64,000 bases of DNA from an uncultured Verrucomicrobiae bacterium (GTDB lineage Bacteria > Verrucomicrobiota > Verrucomicrobiia > Chthoniobacterales > UBA10450). Below the pieces are notes generated by a model. That model saw only the letters and a list, made by a program, of their open reading frames with translations, was not told the DNA's origin and did no database searches. Position 1 is the first letter of the stretch; every line of letters begins with the position of its first letter. Location: assembly GCA_963772365.1 (NCBI GenBank), contig CAVYXA010000003.1, positions 544,001 to 608,000 on the forward strand, given 5' to 3'. The translations under genes were made by a program, and so were the position numbers. This document shows positions 17,575-28,352 of the stretch, piece after piece.

Positions 17575-18451
17575 CCTCGCGCTTATCAACGAATTTCTCG
17601 GCCAGCCGCCAAACGTTGCCGAGCATGGTTATCAAATCGATCACATCCTGGAGTTCTGCCATTGGTTCATGGGCGCGTCTGTTTGTTGGCTGGTCGGCCT
17701 TTTTCATTTTTGTCCTTTTCCGATTCCGCCGAGGCCGACAACCCAGGGCCGATCACGAAGGAGTGCGAAGCGGGATCTCAACCCATCTGGAATTTTCGGT
17801 CGTCTTGATCGAAGCGGTCCTGCTCGTCGGGTTCGCTCTTCCGCTCTGGGCAAAGCGCGTGAATGAATTTCCTACAGGCAAGGATGCGATCCTTGTCCAC
17901 GTCGTCGGTCAGCAGTTCAGTTGGAATTATCATTTGCCGGGGCCGGATGGACAATTTGGCCATCGCAGTGTCGATCTGGTGAGCAATTCCAATCCGCTCG
18001 GGCTCGACCGCAACGATCCGGCCAGCAAGGATGACATCGTCACACTTGGAGAATTGCACGTGCCAGTCGATCGTCCGGTGATCATCGAGCTTTCGTCCAA
18101 GGATGTGATTCACAATTTCTGTTTGCCAAATATGCGGATCGCCACCGACGCAATTCCCGGGCAGCTCAACCCGATGTGGTTTACGCCGGTCAAGACTGGA
18201 ACCTACGAAGTGATTTGCGGTCAGCTTTGCGGTCTCGGCCATTACGGGATGAAAGGGACGCTCGTGGTCGATATCGCCGGCAGGATTATCAAGCCTGGTT
18301 AAAAGAACGCGCCGAGTTGGCGGCGAACACCAGCCGCGCCTCCGCCGATGCAGCGTCCTGCCGGCGAACCGCCGGTCGGCCCGACTCCTGGCTCAATTCC
18401 TCTGCCAGGGGCCGGGACAACGCCCTGCGCCGACGCCCGGCGGATAAATCT
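17567..18451 (+). CDS. ctaC: Cytochrome c oxidase subunit II (several frameshifts; 3' end approximate)
   Basis: GQQFSW, SKDVIHNF, DAIPG, CuA motif CGQLCGLGHYGM. Confidence 0.9.
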
Positions 18452-18461
18452 TCGACTTCTC

Positions 18462-18549
18462 TGTAGCGGCGCGTCTATGCCGTCTCAATTTTCGTATTTG
18501 TGGCAGCATCGCTATCAAAAATCGTTGACGGTCGTAGACCGCCGCTACA
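18462..18549. repeat. GTAG REP doublet
   Basis: TGTAGCGGCG...GACGGTCGTAGACCGCCGCTACA; same family as 8406-8455 and 21373-21395. Confidence 0.8.
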
Positions 18550-19571
18550 AGCATAAGTCTGGCTCAAGCCGTTTCGCCTGGCTCACATGTGTTCGCGACG
18601 CTCTTGTTGATTTGCAGTGGTGGAATGGTCACGAGCAAAGGCGTCGGCCTTTCCGTTCCCGATTGGCCAACTACATTCGGCTACAACATGTTCCTGTTTC
18701 CGGTTTCGAAATGGGTCGGTGGAATTTTGTTCGAACATACCCATCGCCTGATGGGTTCGTTCGTCGGGTTTCTTACCATCATTCTCGCGGCCTGGCTCTG
18801 GCTCTCGCGAGGATCGACAATGGGTGCGGAATCTTGGCGTCATTGCCGTGGCTGCCGTGGTTGTGCAGGGAATTCTCGGCGGTCTTCGCGTTACCATGCT
18901 GAAAGATGAGATCGGCGATTTTTCACGCGTGCATTGCCCAGGCCTTTCCTCAGTCTGCTCGTTTTCATTGCGCTGGTGACCACAAAATTTTGGCGCATCG
19001 TTGGCAACTCAACCTCGGCTTCCGGAAAAGCGCGCCGGTGCATTGCTCGCATTTGCGCTGGCAATCACGATAGCGATTTATCTTCAGCTTGCGTTCGGCG
19101 CCACGATGCGCCATCAGCATCGTGATCTGGCGATTCTCGATTTTCCCACTGTTAACGGCGCCTGGATTCCCGACACCAGCGCGCCAAGCTCTGGCGAAAA
19201 TAAATGCGTGGCGCGAAGCGCGCGCCTTGTCCGAAGTGACCGCATTCCAAATCTGGTTGCAGATGGCGCACCGTTTTCTGGCGTTCGCGATCGCTATCGC
19301 GATGATCGTTTTTTTCGTTCAGCGTCTGGCGAGATGCAAACGATTCGTCGCGAGCCTCATCTAAGCGGGGTTGTCGATGTCATGGCTGGCCCTGGTTTTA
19401 TGTCAGGTCACGCTTGGAGCTTGGACGATTTGGAGCAACAAAGCCGCTGATGTTGCGACGGCGCATGTCGCTGTCGGCGCGATCATGCTATCTTTCGGCG
19501 TGAGCATTTCGGCAGTTTCCTGGCGAACTTTCCAAGTCGAGCCATTGGCCGCAATTGTCGATCAGCCCTAG
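18477..19571 (+). CDS. ctaA: Heme A synthase (COX15/CtaA); multiple frameshifts, start uncertain
   Basis: GGMVTSKGVGLSVPDWP, FEHTHR, QMAHRF, QVTLGAWTIW...ATAHVAVGA spread over several frames. Confidence 0.85.
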
Positions 19572-19584
19572 CCAGTGCGCTGGC

Positions 19585-20486
19585 ATGAAAACAGTTCGCC
19601 ATTGAGAAGCCGGAAGCGGTTCCATCGCGCAGCCGGTTTGTGCCGATTTCGCCGAGCTGGTCAAAGCTCGATTAACCTTGCTCGTGCTTCTCACGACTGC
19701 AGTCGGTTTTTATCTGGGCGCCGAGTCGCCCATTAGATTACGTCGCGCTTGTTTCACGTCGTGTTTGGAACAGCAGCGGCAGCGGCAGGCGCGGCGGCGC
19801 TGAATCAATGGTGGGAACGGCGCCTCGATGCGTTGATGCATCGAACCAAAACGCGTCCTGTTCCGGCTGGCCGGATGCGGCCTGTCGAAGCGCTCGTCAC
19901 TTGGCCTCGCGCTGTCGATCTTCGGTGATCGGCTATCTCACAGTCGCCTGCAACTTCCAGCGCTCTGCTCGCAGCGATTACGATCGCCATTTACATTTTC
20001 GGTTACACTCCGCTTAAACGCACGAGCACTGCAAACACAGCCGTCGGTCAATTCCCGGTGCGCTTCCGCCTGTGATCGGCTGGGCCGCGGCCCAGGGAAC
20101 ATTGAGCATTGAAGCGTGGAGTCTGTTTGTGATTCTTGATTCTGTGGCAATTGCCCCATTTCTTCGCCATCGCCTGGATGTATCGCGATGATTATTCCCG
20201 CGCCGGATTTCGAATGATTTCCAGCGATGATTCCACCGGCGAACGCAGTGCCAGCCAGAGCGTTTTCTTCTGCATCCTGCTCCTGATCATGGCCGGTCTG
20301 CCTTCGTTTCTCGGAGTGGTCACAATGTTTTATTTGCCTGCAGAGCTTCTTCTTGGCGGCTTGTTCGTAGCCGTTGCCATGCGATTTTTACGAATCCGTA
20401 CCGCCGCGTCGGCGCGAGCATTATTCATCATGTCGATCGTGTACCTGCCTCTGCTCTTGATCGCGTTAGTCTTGACCAAGTCATGA
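19585..20486 (+). CDS. ctaB: Protoheme IX farnesyltransferase; multiple frameshifts
   Basis: ELVKARLT, ALNQWWERRLDALMHRTKTRP.P.G, YTPLKR, WQLPHFFAIAW.YRDDY..AG. Confidence 0.88.
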
Positions 20487-20491
20487 AATCG

Positions 20492-20603
20492 TTTCGCGAA
20501 GCTTTAGGAGTGCGCACGCGTTCTCGCGTCGCTTTTCGACTCGGCTCACCTGGTGTCAAAGCGATGCGAAGACGCATCGCACTCCAAAGCACTTCGTGCG
20601 AAA
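20492..20603. repeat. Long GGAG-type palindromic element (intergenic)
   Basis: TTTCGCGAAGCTTTAGGAGTGCG...CGCACTCCAAAGCACTTCGTGCGAAA. Confidence 0.82.
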
Positions 20604-20617
20604 TTTGAGAGAGAAAC

Positions 20618-21271
20618 ATGGACACAGCCTCTGCCACAATGAATCGCGCGCCGGCGCGGCGCGTCACGGCTTGGAAAGTTATCCTCATTCTGATTCCATT
20701 CTTAACGCTGGCGTTGCTGCTATGGCTGCGAAATGTCGAGGTGAAAACGCTCCGAGCGCGGCACATCTCCTCCTATGGCGCGGTGCCGCCGTTCGAGCTG
20801 ACGAATCAAAACGGGCAGCCGTTCGGGTCTGCTCAACTCGCCGGCAAAATCTGGATCGCCGATTTTATTTACACGACCTGCCCGGGGCCGTGCCCGATCA
20901 TCAGCATGCGCATGGCCGAGTTACAAAAACCGCTCGAGAAAACTGGCGTGCATCTCGTTTCATTCACTGTCGATCCCAAGAAGGACACGCCTGAGGTCTT
21001 GCGCAAATATGCCGACAATCTGCGAGCCGATCCACGCCGCTGGGATTTCCTCACCGGGCCAATCTCAGCCATCTACAAATTGGCCCATGACGGATTCAAG
21101 CTCGCTGTCTCGAACGGAGCCGAGGAACAGGGCATTCCTGTTCACAGCACCCGAATGGTTTTAGTGGATCGACATGGTCAAATCCGCGGTTATTACGAAG
21201 CGACAGACGCGGAGGCGATCACCAAGCTACTTGCCGACACGAATCATTTGCTGCGCGAACAGCCGAAGTAA
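20618..21271 (+). CDS. SCO1/SenC copper chaperone
   Basis: N-terminal TM, FIYTTCPGPCP, SFTVDPKKDTP, HSTRMVLVD..GQIRGYY. Confidence 0.93.
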   Translation: MDTASATMNRAPARRVTAWKVILILIPFLTLALLLWLRNVEVKTLRARHISSYGAVPPFELTNQNGQPFGSAQLAGKIWIADFIYTTCPGPCPIISMRMAELQKPLEKTGVHLVSFTVDPKKDTPEVLRKYADNLRADPRRWDFLTGPISAIYKLAHDGFKLAVSNGAEEQGIPVHSTRMVLVDRHGQIRGYYEATDAEAITKLLADTNHLLREQPK

Positions 21272-21280
21272 AAGAAAGAT

Positions 21281-21395
21281 TGTCATCCTGAGCGGAGCGA
21301 AGGATCTCAAATCTTTTCAGCCGCTCTTTTCCCCTTAGCGGTGAACGTCGCAAACTTTCGCCCCAGAATGGCGACGGTCGCAGACCGCCGCTACA
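21281..21395. repeat. Two different repeat units between convergent SCO and nfeD
   Basis: TGTCATCCTGAGCGGAGCGAAGGATCTC (21281-21308) and GACGGTCGCAGACCGCCGCTACA (21373-21395). Confidence 0.8.
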
Positions 21396-21416
21396 TGCAA
21401 GGCAACATCTCCTTAA

Positions 21417-22688
21417 TTAGCCGATCTTTTTTACCTTCGCGGTCAATCCTTCCACTCCCGCAATCTGCGCCCGCTCGCCCTCCTGAATAGGAGTATCGCT
21501 GAACGCATTCCAATATTCGCCTTCGATAAAGATGCGTCCGCCGCGCGCGTCGATGAGCGTAAGTGCTGTCGCGGTTTTTCCGATCAGTGATTCCAATCCA
21601 ACTTTTACCGGCAACCGTTGCGCTCTTAGTCCCTTCCCGATTACGAATAAAAAGAACGCGGCGGTGACGATGGTCGCCGGAATAATGTAGGCGAGCGATA
21701 ACCGAAAGAGCGGATCGGCACGATTGAAAAGCATGAGCGAGCCGATCAGAAAAGCAATGATGCCGCCAATGGTGAGTACGCCATGCGTCGGGGCATAAAC
21801 ATCAAAAACGAACAGCGCCAGCGCCAAACCGATCAGGGCCAATCCCGTCACATTGACCGGCAGGATCGCTGCCAGGTAAAGGAACAGAACCAGCGCGATG
21901 GCACCGGCCACGCCCGGAAGTATTGCGCCAGGCGTGCTCACTTCGGCGATGATTCCGTAAATTGCCACTAGCATCAGAATAAACATCACCTCCGGTCGCC
22001 ACAGCTTTTGAAAGACCTGCTCCGAGGCTGACATTTTGATTTCCGTAACTTGAGCTCCTGCTGTATTGAGCATTTTTCCGTCTACCACCCGCCCATTCAG
22101 TTTATTGAGCAGGTCTGGCATATCGACCGCGATAAGATCGACAACTTTTAACTGGAGCGCTTTGTCCGCACTAATCGATGCGCTCTCTTTCACCGCCGAT
22201 TTGGCCCACTCCACGTTGCGTTTCCGTTTTCCCGCGATTGCTTCGATGTAGCTCACCGAAAAATTTTCCAGCTTTTGCTTCATCGTGTCGTCCATCTTTT
22301 CCTCGCCACCGCCGATACCGCCTATCGAGACCGGATGAGCAGCGCCAATCGTCGTCGCCGGAGCCATTGCCGAGACACTCGCCGCCATCGTGATGAAACA
22401 ACCCGCGCTGGTAGCCGTCGCTCCTGTGGGCGAAACGTAAACGACGACCGGGACTGGTGACCCCAAAAAGCTTTGGACAATCTTCTGGGTCGAATCGAGT
22501 AAGCCGCCTGGCGTGTTCAGTTGAATGATCAAACATTGCGCGTTTTGCTTCTGCGCTTCACCGATGCTGCGCGCGATGTAACTCGCCGTCGCAGGTCCAA
22601 TCGCGCCGTCGATCTTGATAAGGGAAACTTTTTCCGCCGCCGTCGCGGTGGCGCACAGCAGCAAGAACAACAAGGCTGCCGGTTTCAT
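21417..22688 (-). CDS. nfeD: NfeD-family membrane-bound serine protease (long form)
   Basis: LNTPGGL, TSAG, MAPATTIGAAHPV, TM region, C-terminal GEYWNA OB fold. Confidence 0.92.
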   Translation of the reverse strand: MKPAALLFLLLCATATAAEKVSLIKIDGAIGPATASYIARSIGEAQKQNAQCLIIQLNTPGGLLDSTQKIVQSFLGSPVPVVVYVSPTGATATSAGCFITMAASVSAMAPATTIGAAHPVSIGGIGGGEEKMDDTMKQKLENFSVSYIEAIAGKRKRNVEWAKSAVKESASISADKALQLKVVDLIAVDMPDLLNKLNGRVVDGKMLNTAGAQVTEIKMSASEQVFQKLWRPEVMFILMLVAIYGIIAEVSTPGAILPGVAGAIALVLFLYLAAILPVNVTGLALIGLALALFVFDVYAPTHGVLTIGGIIAFLIGSLMLFNRADPLFRLSLAYIIPATIVTAAFFLFVIGKGLRAQRLPVKVGLESLIGKTATALTLIDARGGRIFIEGEYWNAFSDTPIQEGERAQIAGVEGLTAKVKKIG

Positions 22689-22746
22689 CTTTTCCTCTGG
22701 TAAAGATTATGTCGAATTGCAAACGAAGCCAAGTGGATCGCGCGAA

Positions 22747-25639
22747 TTACATCTCCTCCACTGGCGGGCACGAGCAGAACAAATTCCGGTCGCCATAGAC
22801 ATTGTCGATCCTGGCGATGGCGGGCCAGAATTTGAAGTCCCGCGTCCACGGCGCGGGAAAAGCGGCTTGCTCGCGCGAATATGGGCGGTCCCATCTATCC
22901 GAGGCGATTTGTTGGGCCGTGTGCGGTGCGTTTTTGAGCAGATTATTTTGTCGATCCTGTCCGCCACCGGACGGACTCGCCGTGGCGAGTTCCCCAGCGA
23001 CCGCTTCCATCTCCGCGTGGATCGAGATCATCGCTTCGCAAAAACGATCTAGCTCCGGTTTCGATTCGCTCTCGGTCGGCTCGATCATCATGGTGCCAGC
23101 TACCGGAAAGGAAATGGTTGGCGCGTGAAAGCCGTAATCCATCAAACGTTTCGCCACATCTTCCACTTCGATTCCGGCATTCTTCCACTGTCGAAGATCG
23201 ACAATGCATTCATGGGCCACGAGTCCGCGTTTGCCTTTGAACAACACCGGGAAATACCGATCGAGCCGTTTGGCTATGTAATTGGCATTTAGAATTGCGA
23301 CTTCGCTGGCCTGCTTCAAACCGTTAGGGCCCATCATTCGAATGTACATCCAGGTAATCGTTAAAATGCTCGCGCTTCCGTACGGAGCGGCCGCCACCGG
23401 ACCGACCGCATGTTTGATGTTTGATGTTTGATGTTTGATGTCCGGAGAGGAGGGAAGAAATGGCGCGAGGTGTTTCGCTACCCCGATCGGACCCATGCCG
23501 GGACCGCCGCCGCCATGGGGAATGCAAAACGTCTTGTGCAAATTCAGATGGCAGACATCGGCGCCGTAATCGCCGGGGCGGCAGAGTCCGACCTGCGCGT
23601 TCATGTTTGCTCCGTCCATATAAACCTGACCACCGTGCGAATGAACGGTCTCGCAAATTTCGCGAATCGTTGGTTCGAATACTCCATGGGTGCTCGGATA
23701 AGTCACCATGAGCGCTGCCAAATCGCGCGCATGCTGGTCGGCCTTGGCCCGGAGATCGGCAAGATCGACATCGCCATCCTTCAAACAGGCAACCGGAACA
23801 ACCTTGAATCCGGCCATGACGGCACTGGCCGGATTGGTTCCATGCGCTGAAGTCGGAATCAGACAAACGTCGCGGTGTCGCTCGTTGCGGGACGCGTGAT
23901 ATTCCCGGATGGCGAGCAGACCGGCATACTCACCTTGTGATCCCGCATTAGGCTGCAACGAAACCGCCGCAAAACCCGTGATTTCAGCCAGCCATTGCTC
24001 GAGTTGCTCGCACATTTCCAGGTAACCGCGCGTTTGATCGGCTGGCGCGAACGGATGGAGCTTCGCGAATTCGGGCCATGAAATCGGGAACATCTCGGCC
24101 GTGGCGTTCAGTTTCATCGTGCACGAGCCGAGCGGGATCATGGAATGACAAAGCGACAAATCCCGTGACTCCAGTTTGCGCAGGTAACGCAGCATTTCCG
24201 TCTCCGTGTCATGCGTGTTGAAAATCGGGTGAGTGAGGAAATCGGAGGTGCGGATCACCGATTGCGGAATACGAATTGGCGGTTCAGCGAGATTCTGATC
24301 CGCAAAATCTTGAACGTGCGTGCCCCGGAAGATCGACATCAACAATTCGATCTCGCGAGCGGTCGTCGTCTCATCGAATGAAACGGCGACTGCACGAGGG
24401 CCGAGCGCGCGCAGATTGCAATTGGCTTTTGCGGCATGCTCCAAAATCACGGCGCTCGATTCGACTTCAATCCGGATGGTGTCGAAGAAATTTTCGTGCG
24501 TGATGTTTAGTCCGAGCGATCTCAAGCCGTCGGCGAATTGGCTTGTCAGTCGATGAATGCGTTCAGCAATTGCCCGCAGACCGCGCGGCCCGTGATAAAC
24601 CGCATACATCGCCAGCCATCACCGCTAGAAGAACCTGAGCGGTGCAAATATTGCTGGTCGCTTTGTCGCGTCGGATATGTTGCTCACGAGTTTGCAATGC
24701 CAATCGATAGGCCGGGCGTCCCTCGACATCATGCGAAACGCCAACGAGGCGGCCAGGCATATGTCGCTTGTATTGGTCGCGCGTGGCGAAAAATGCCGCA
24801 TGTGGACCGCCAAATCCGAGCGGGACGCCAAAGCGCTGGGTGTTTCCGACCGCGACGTCAGCTCCAAATTCTCCCGGCGGCTTCAACAAAGTGAGCGCAA
24901 GAATATCCGCCGCCACGACAACGAGCGCGCCGGCGTCATGAGCTTGCCGAGCAAATTCTGTGTAATCATAAATGGCGCCGTCCGTCGCGGGATATTGGAC
25001 CAGGGCGCCAAAGACCGTCTGGTCGAATTTGAAGCGCGAAAAATTGTCGATCTTGATTTCGATGCCGAGCGGTTTCGCGCGAGTTTGGATAACAGCAATG
25101 GTTTGAGGGTGGCAATCCTCCGCGACAAAAAATGTTTTTCGATCCGGTGTCACAGCGTGACAAAGCGCCATTGCCTCGGCTGCGGCGGTGGCTTCGTCGA
25201 GGAGCGACGCATTCGCGATGTCGAGCGCGGTCAAATCCATGATCATTTGCTGGAAAACGAGCAGCGCTTCCAACCGGCCCTGGGCGATCTCGGCCTGATA
25301 CGGCGTGTAAGCCGTGTACCAACCGGGGTTTTCGAGAATATTCCGCTGGATGACCGGCGGCGTGATACAATCGGAGTAACCGGCGCCGATGAATGAGCGA
25401 GCAAGTTTGTTTTTCTTCGAGATTGCGCACAGCTCCTCCAGCGCTTCCGTTTCAGATTTCGCCTCCGGCAGATTCAGCTCACGAGCGAGCCGGATATTTT
25501 TCGGGACCGTCGATTCAATGAGCGCGTCAAGGTCGGCAAACCCAACCTCGCCGAGCATCGAGCGAACTTCATCCTCCTTCGGTCCGATGTGGCGCCGCGC
25601 GAAAGAATCGATGTCGATCTTACTTTCGCGCGTTTGCAT
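22747..25639 (-). CDS. gcvP: Glycine dehydrogenase (decarboxylating), P protein (frameshift ~24612)
   Basis: [55 protein letters not shown]-Lys, [10 protein letters not shown]. Confidence 0.95.
22960..22989 (-). repeat. 30-nt element in-frame in gcvP
   Basis: CTCGCCACGGCGAGTCCGTCCGGTGGCGGA; shares CTCGCCACG...GGCGG ends with 938-967. Confidence 0.65.
23410..23441. repeat. (ATGTTTG)4 heptamer tandem repeat inside gcvP
   Basis: Four perfect copies; encodes [11 protein letters not shown]. Confidence 0.9.
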
Positions 25640-25736
25640 AGCTGATGCTACGGAAAGGCGCAGCGCATTCAAGCACGTGACAGAGCCAAAACAATTCCCG
25701 CGTGACAAAACCCGCAATTTGGGGCATAAAGGGCGG

Positions 25737-26465
25737 ATGTTTCGCTTTTCGACGGCGGTTCTTACGCTGTTTTTGTGCGCCACTACCCTTCGCGCTAATC
25801 CTTTTCAGAATGATCGGATCATCGTGAGCATTCGCGATCAGAAATTGATGCTGGTCCAAGACGGAGGTCGAATCGCAACTTATCCGGTTTCCACATCCAA
25901 GTTCGGTATCGGCGACAATCTCGGCAGAATGACCACGCCACTTGGATTCTTGCAGGTCGCCCAAAAGATTGGGGGTAAAGCACCGTCTGGCGCGGTTTTT
26001 CACAATCGACGCTGGACTGGAGAAGTCCTTCGCCCGAATGCGCCGGGACGCGATCCGATCGTAACGAGGATCATTTGGTTGCGTGGTTTGGAGGCGGCGA
26101 ATGCGCATGCTTATAGCCGCTGCATTTACATTCACGGGACGCCGCAGGAGCAAATGATCGGGCGGCCGGCCAGTTACGGTTGTATCCGGATGCGTTCGAG
26201 CGATGTAGAGGCTCTGTATAATCAGGTCTCCATCGGCACGCTTGTGCAAATCATTCCGGATCGATTGCCGAAACTTCGCAAAGGATCGCCTCAATCGACT
26301 ACCTTGATGGCTAGCGTCAACAAGACGGCTCCAGCGGCTGCGGAAGCCTGGGCGGCATCGGCGGTTGTTCCAAAGAAAGTTGCTCCCGAGTCGAAAGGTG
26401 TGGTTGTTACTTTGGCGGTGTTAGCTTCCGCGCCCACGCATTTGCGTTCTGCAACTGGAGAGTAA
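25737..26465 (+). CDS. L,D-transpeptidase (YkuD family) with signal peptide
   Basis: [27 protein letters not shown]...SYGCIRM. Confidence 0.9.
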   Translation: MFRFSTAVLTLFLCATTLRANPFQNDRIIVSIRDQKLMLVQDGGRIATYPVSTSKFGIGDNLGRMTTPLGFLQVAQKIGGKAPSGAVFHNRRWTGEVLRPNAPGRDPIVTRIIWLRGLEAANAHAYSRCIYIHGTPQEQMIGRPASYGCIRMRSSDVEALYNQVSIGTLVQIIPDRLPKLRKGSPQSTTLMASVNKTAPAAAEAWAASAVVPKKVAPESKGVVVTLAVLASAPTHLRSATGE

Positions 26466-26476
26466 ATCTTCGTTGC

Positions 26477-26725
26477 ATGGCCAACACGAAATCCGCAGCG
26501 AAACGGTCTCGGCAGACGGCTCGACGTTCCTCACACAATCGCGCCGTTCTGAGCCGGATTCGCACAGTTCAAAAACGAGCATCGACAGGCGACAAACCTG
26601 ATCCTGCGCAGATTCGCAACGCAATCTCGCAGATCGACAAAGCAGCCAAGAGCGGAGTGATTCATCGCAACGCCGCCATTCGACGCAAGGCGCGTCTGGC
26701 TAAGATTTTGGCCGCGAGCAAATAA
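26477..26725 (+). CDS. rpsT: 30S ribosomal protein S20
   Basis: MANTKSAAKRSRQ...IDKAAKSGVIHRNAAIRRKARL. Confidence 0.97.
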   Translation: MANTKSAAKRSRQTARRSSHNRAVLSRIRTVQKRASTGDKPDPAQIRNAISQIDKAAKSGVIHRNAAIRRKARLAKILAASK

Positions 26726-26779
26726 GCAGGGTTACACCTTCCTCTTGGCAGATTGCCGGGGACGGATAATATCTTGGGA

Positions 26780-27367
26780 ATGATTCCCGCGATTTTGCTC
26801 ATTTTTTCGGCTGTCGCTTACCGTGTGGCGACGGCGCTTCTGATTACGTCGGGCACAGGCTGGCTGTCGAACTTCGCTCCGATGGCCGCGATTGCGCTTT
26901 GCGCCGCGGCGTATTTGCCGCCGAAATTCAAGTTCAGTGTGCCGCTCGTCGCACTGTTCGCTTCCGATGCAATCCTCAATTCTCATTACGGTTTCCCAAT
27001 TTTCGATCCGAGGGTTGTTTCTCACTATCTTGGATTTGTAGTGGTCGGACTTATCGGGTGGGCATTACGAAATCGCGCCTCGTCGAAGACGCTGCTGCCG
27101 GCATCAATTATAGGATCGACAATCTTTTACGTGATCACGAATATATTCTCCTGGTTCACTGATCCCGGTTACGCGAAAAATTTTGCCGGGTTGATTCAAT
27201 CCCTCACGGTTGGCCTGCCGCAATATAGTGCCACGCCGAGCTGGATGTTTTTCCGCAACTCTCTTTTGAGTGATCTCTTCTTTACGCTGTTGTTTGTTTT
27301 CTTCATGAGCTTTGGCCGAAATCGATCGACGCCCCAGGCGGCCGCGGCCTTGCCACGCGCCGCATAG
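26780..27367 (+). CDS. DUF6580-like putative transport membrane protein
   Basis: NFAPMAAIAL, PLVALFASD, STIFYVITN, GLP..FFRNSLLSDL. Confidence 0.75.
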   Translation: MIPAILLIFSAVAYRVATALLITSGTGWLSNFAPMAAIALCAAAYLPPKFKFSVPLVALFASDAILNSHYGFPIFDPRVVSHYLGFVVVGLIGWALRNRASSKTLLPASIIGSTIFYVITNIFSWFTDPGYAKNFAGLIQSLTVGLPQYSATPSWMFFRNSLLSDLFFTLLFVFFMSFGRNRSTPQAAAALPRAA

Positions 27368-27374
27368 ATCTCCA

Positions 27375-28352
27375 ATGCAGCAGCCCGAGCAACGCGACGA
27401 GGTCGAGATGCTCGCGCTGATGTTATTGATTCGCCGTTTTGAAGAACGCGCGAGCCAGCAATATCAAGCGCAGAAGATCGGCGGTTTTTGCCATCTTTAT
27501 ATCGGGCAGGAAGCGGTTGTGATGGGAGCGGTCGCCGCAGTGCGCGACGATGATTACATCATCACCGCTTATCGGGATCATGCGCATGCTCTCGCTCGTG
27601 GCACCAGCGCCAACGCCTGCATGGCCGAACTTTTTGGAAAGGAGACGGGCTGCTCGCGCGGTCTTGGCGGATCGATGCATTTTTTCGACAAGGCGAATCA
27701 TTTCTACGGCGGGCACGCGATCGTAGGTGCGCATGTGCCATTGGCAGCGGGGATGGCTTTTGCGTCGAAATATCGCTGCGAAGATCGCGTGACGCTCTGT
27801 TTCTTTGGAGATGGCGCGATCAACCAAGGTTCATTTCACGAAGCGCTGAATCTGATTGCGCTCTACAAATTGCCCGTGGTGCTGATTTGCGAGAACAACC
27901 TCTTCGCAATGGGCACATCGGTCAAAAGATCGACATCGCTTAAACAGATCGTTGATCGCGCGGAGGGTTACGATATTCCGGGCGAGATTGTCGATGGAAT
28001 GAACTTTCGCGAAGTGCGCGACAAACTTGCCGAGATCGTTTCCTCGATTCGCAAGGAGCCTCATCCGGCTTTCGTGGAAGCGCGCACATATCGCTATCGC
28101 GGACATTCGATGTCGGATCCGGCGAGCTACCGCACAAAGGAGGAGTTGGAAAAGTATCGATTGGACGATCCAATTACGCGCCTGCGGGCGCAGCTGACGC
28201 GCGAAGGCAAATTGACCAACGAAGAGTTCGACAGGATCGACAAGAAAGCCAAGGAGACAGTGCTCGCCTCGGTGAAATTCGCCGAGCAAAGTGCGGAGCT
28301 GCCGGTCGAAAAGGTTTTCGATTATGCCTACTTCGACGGCGAAGAAAAATGA
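27375..28352 (+). CDS. pdhA: Pyruvate dehydrogenase E1 alpha
   Basis: GFCHLYIGQEA, GGSMH, GDGAINQG, YRYRGHSMSDP. Confidence 0.96.
   Translation: MQQPEQRDEVEMLALMLLIRRFEERASQQYQAQKIGGFCHLYIGQEAVVMGAVAAVRDDDYIITAYRDHAHALARGTSANACMAELFGKETGCSRGLGGSMHFFDKANHFYGGHAIVGAHVPLAAGMAFASKYRCEDRVTLCFFGDGAINQGSFHEALNLIALYKLPVVLICENNLFAMGTSVKRSTSLKQIVDRAEGYDIPGEIVDGMNFREVRDKLAEIVSSIRKEPHPAFVEARTYRYRGHSMSDPASYRTKEELEKYRLDDPITRLRAQLTREGKLTNEEFDRIDKKAKETVLASVKFAEQSAELPVEKVFDYAYFDGEEK

Noticed and set aside
19585..19640. In-frame TGA early in ctaB as recoding or selenocysteine
   Set aside because: Explained by a single extra base; a shifted frame gives a sensible IEKPEAVP, and the region is full of indels
24600..24625. 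Split gcvPA/gcvPB or a programmed frameshift
   Set aside because: The break falls within the conserved [13 protein letters not shown] stretch with no slippery site or RBS; a one-base indel restores a single-chain GcvP
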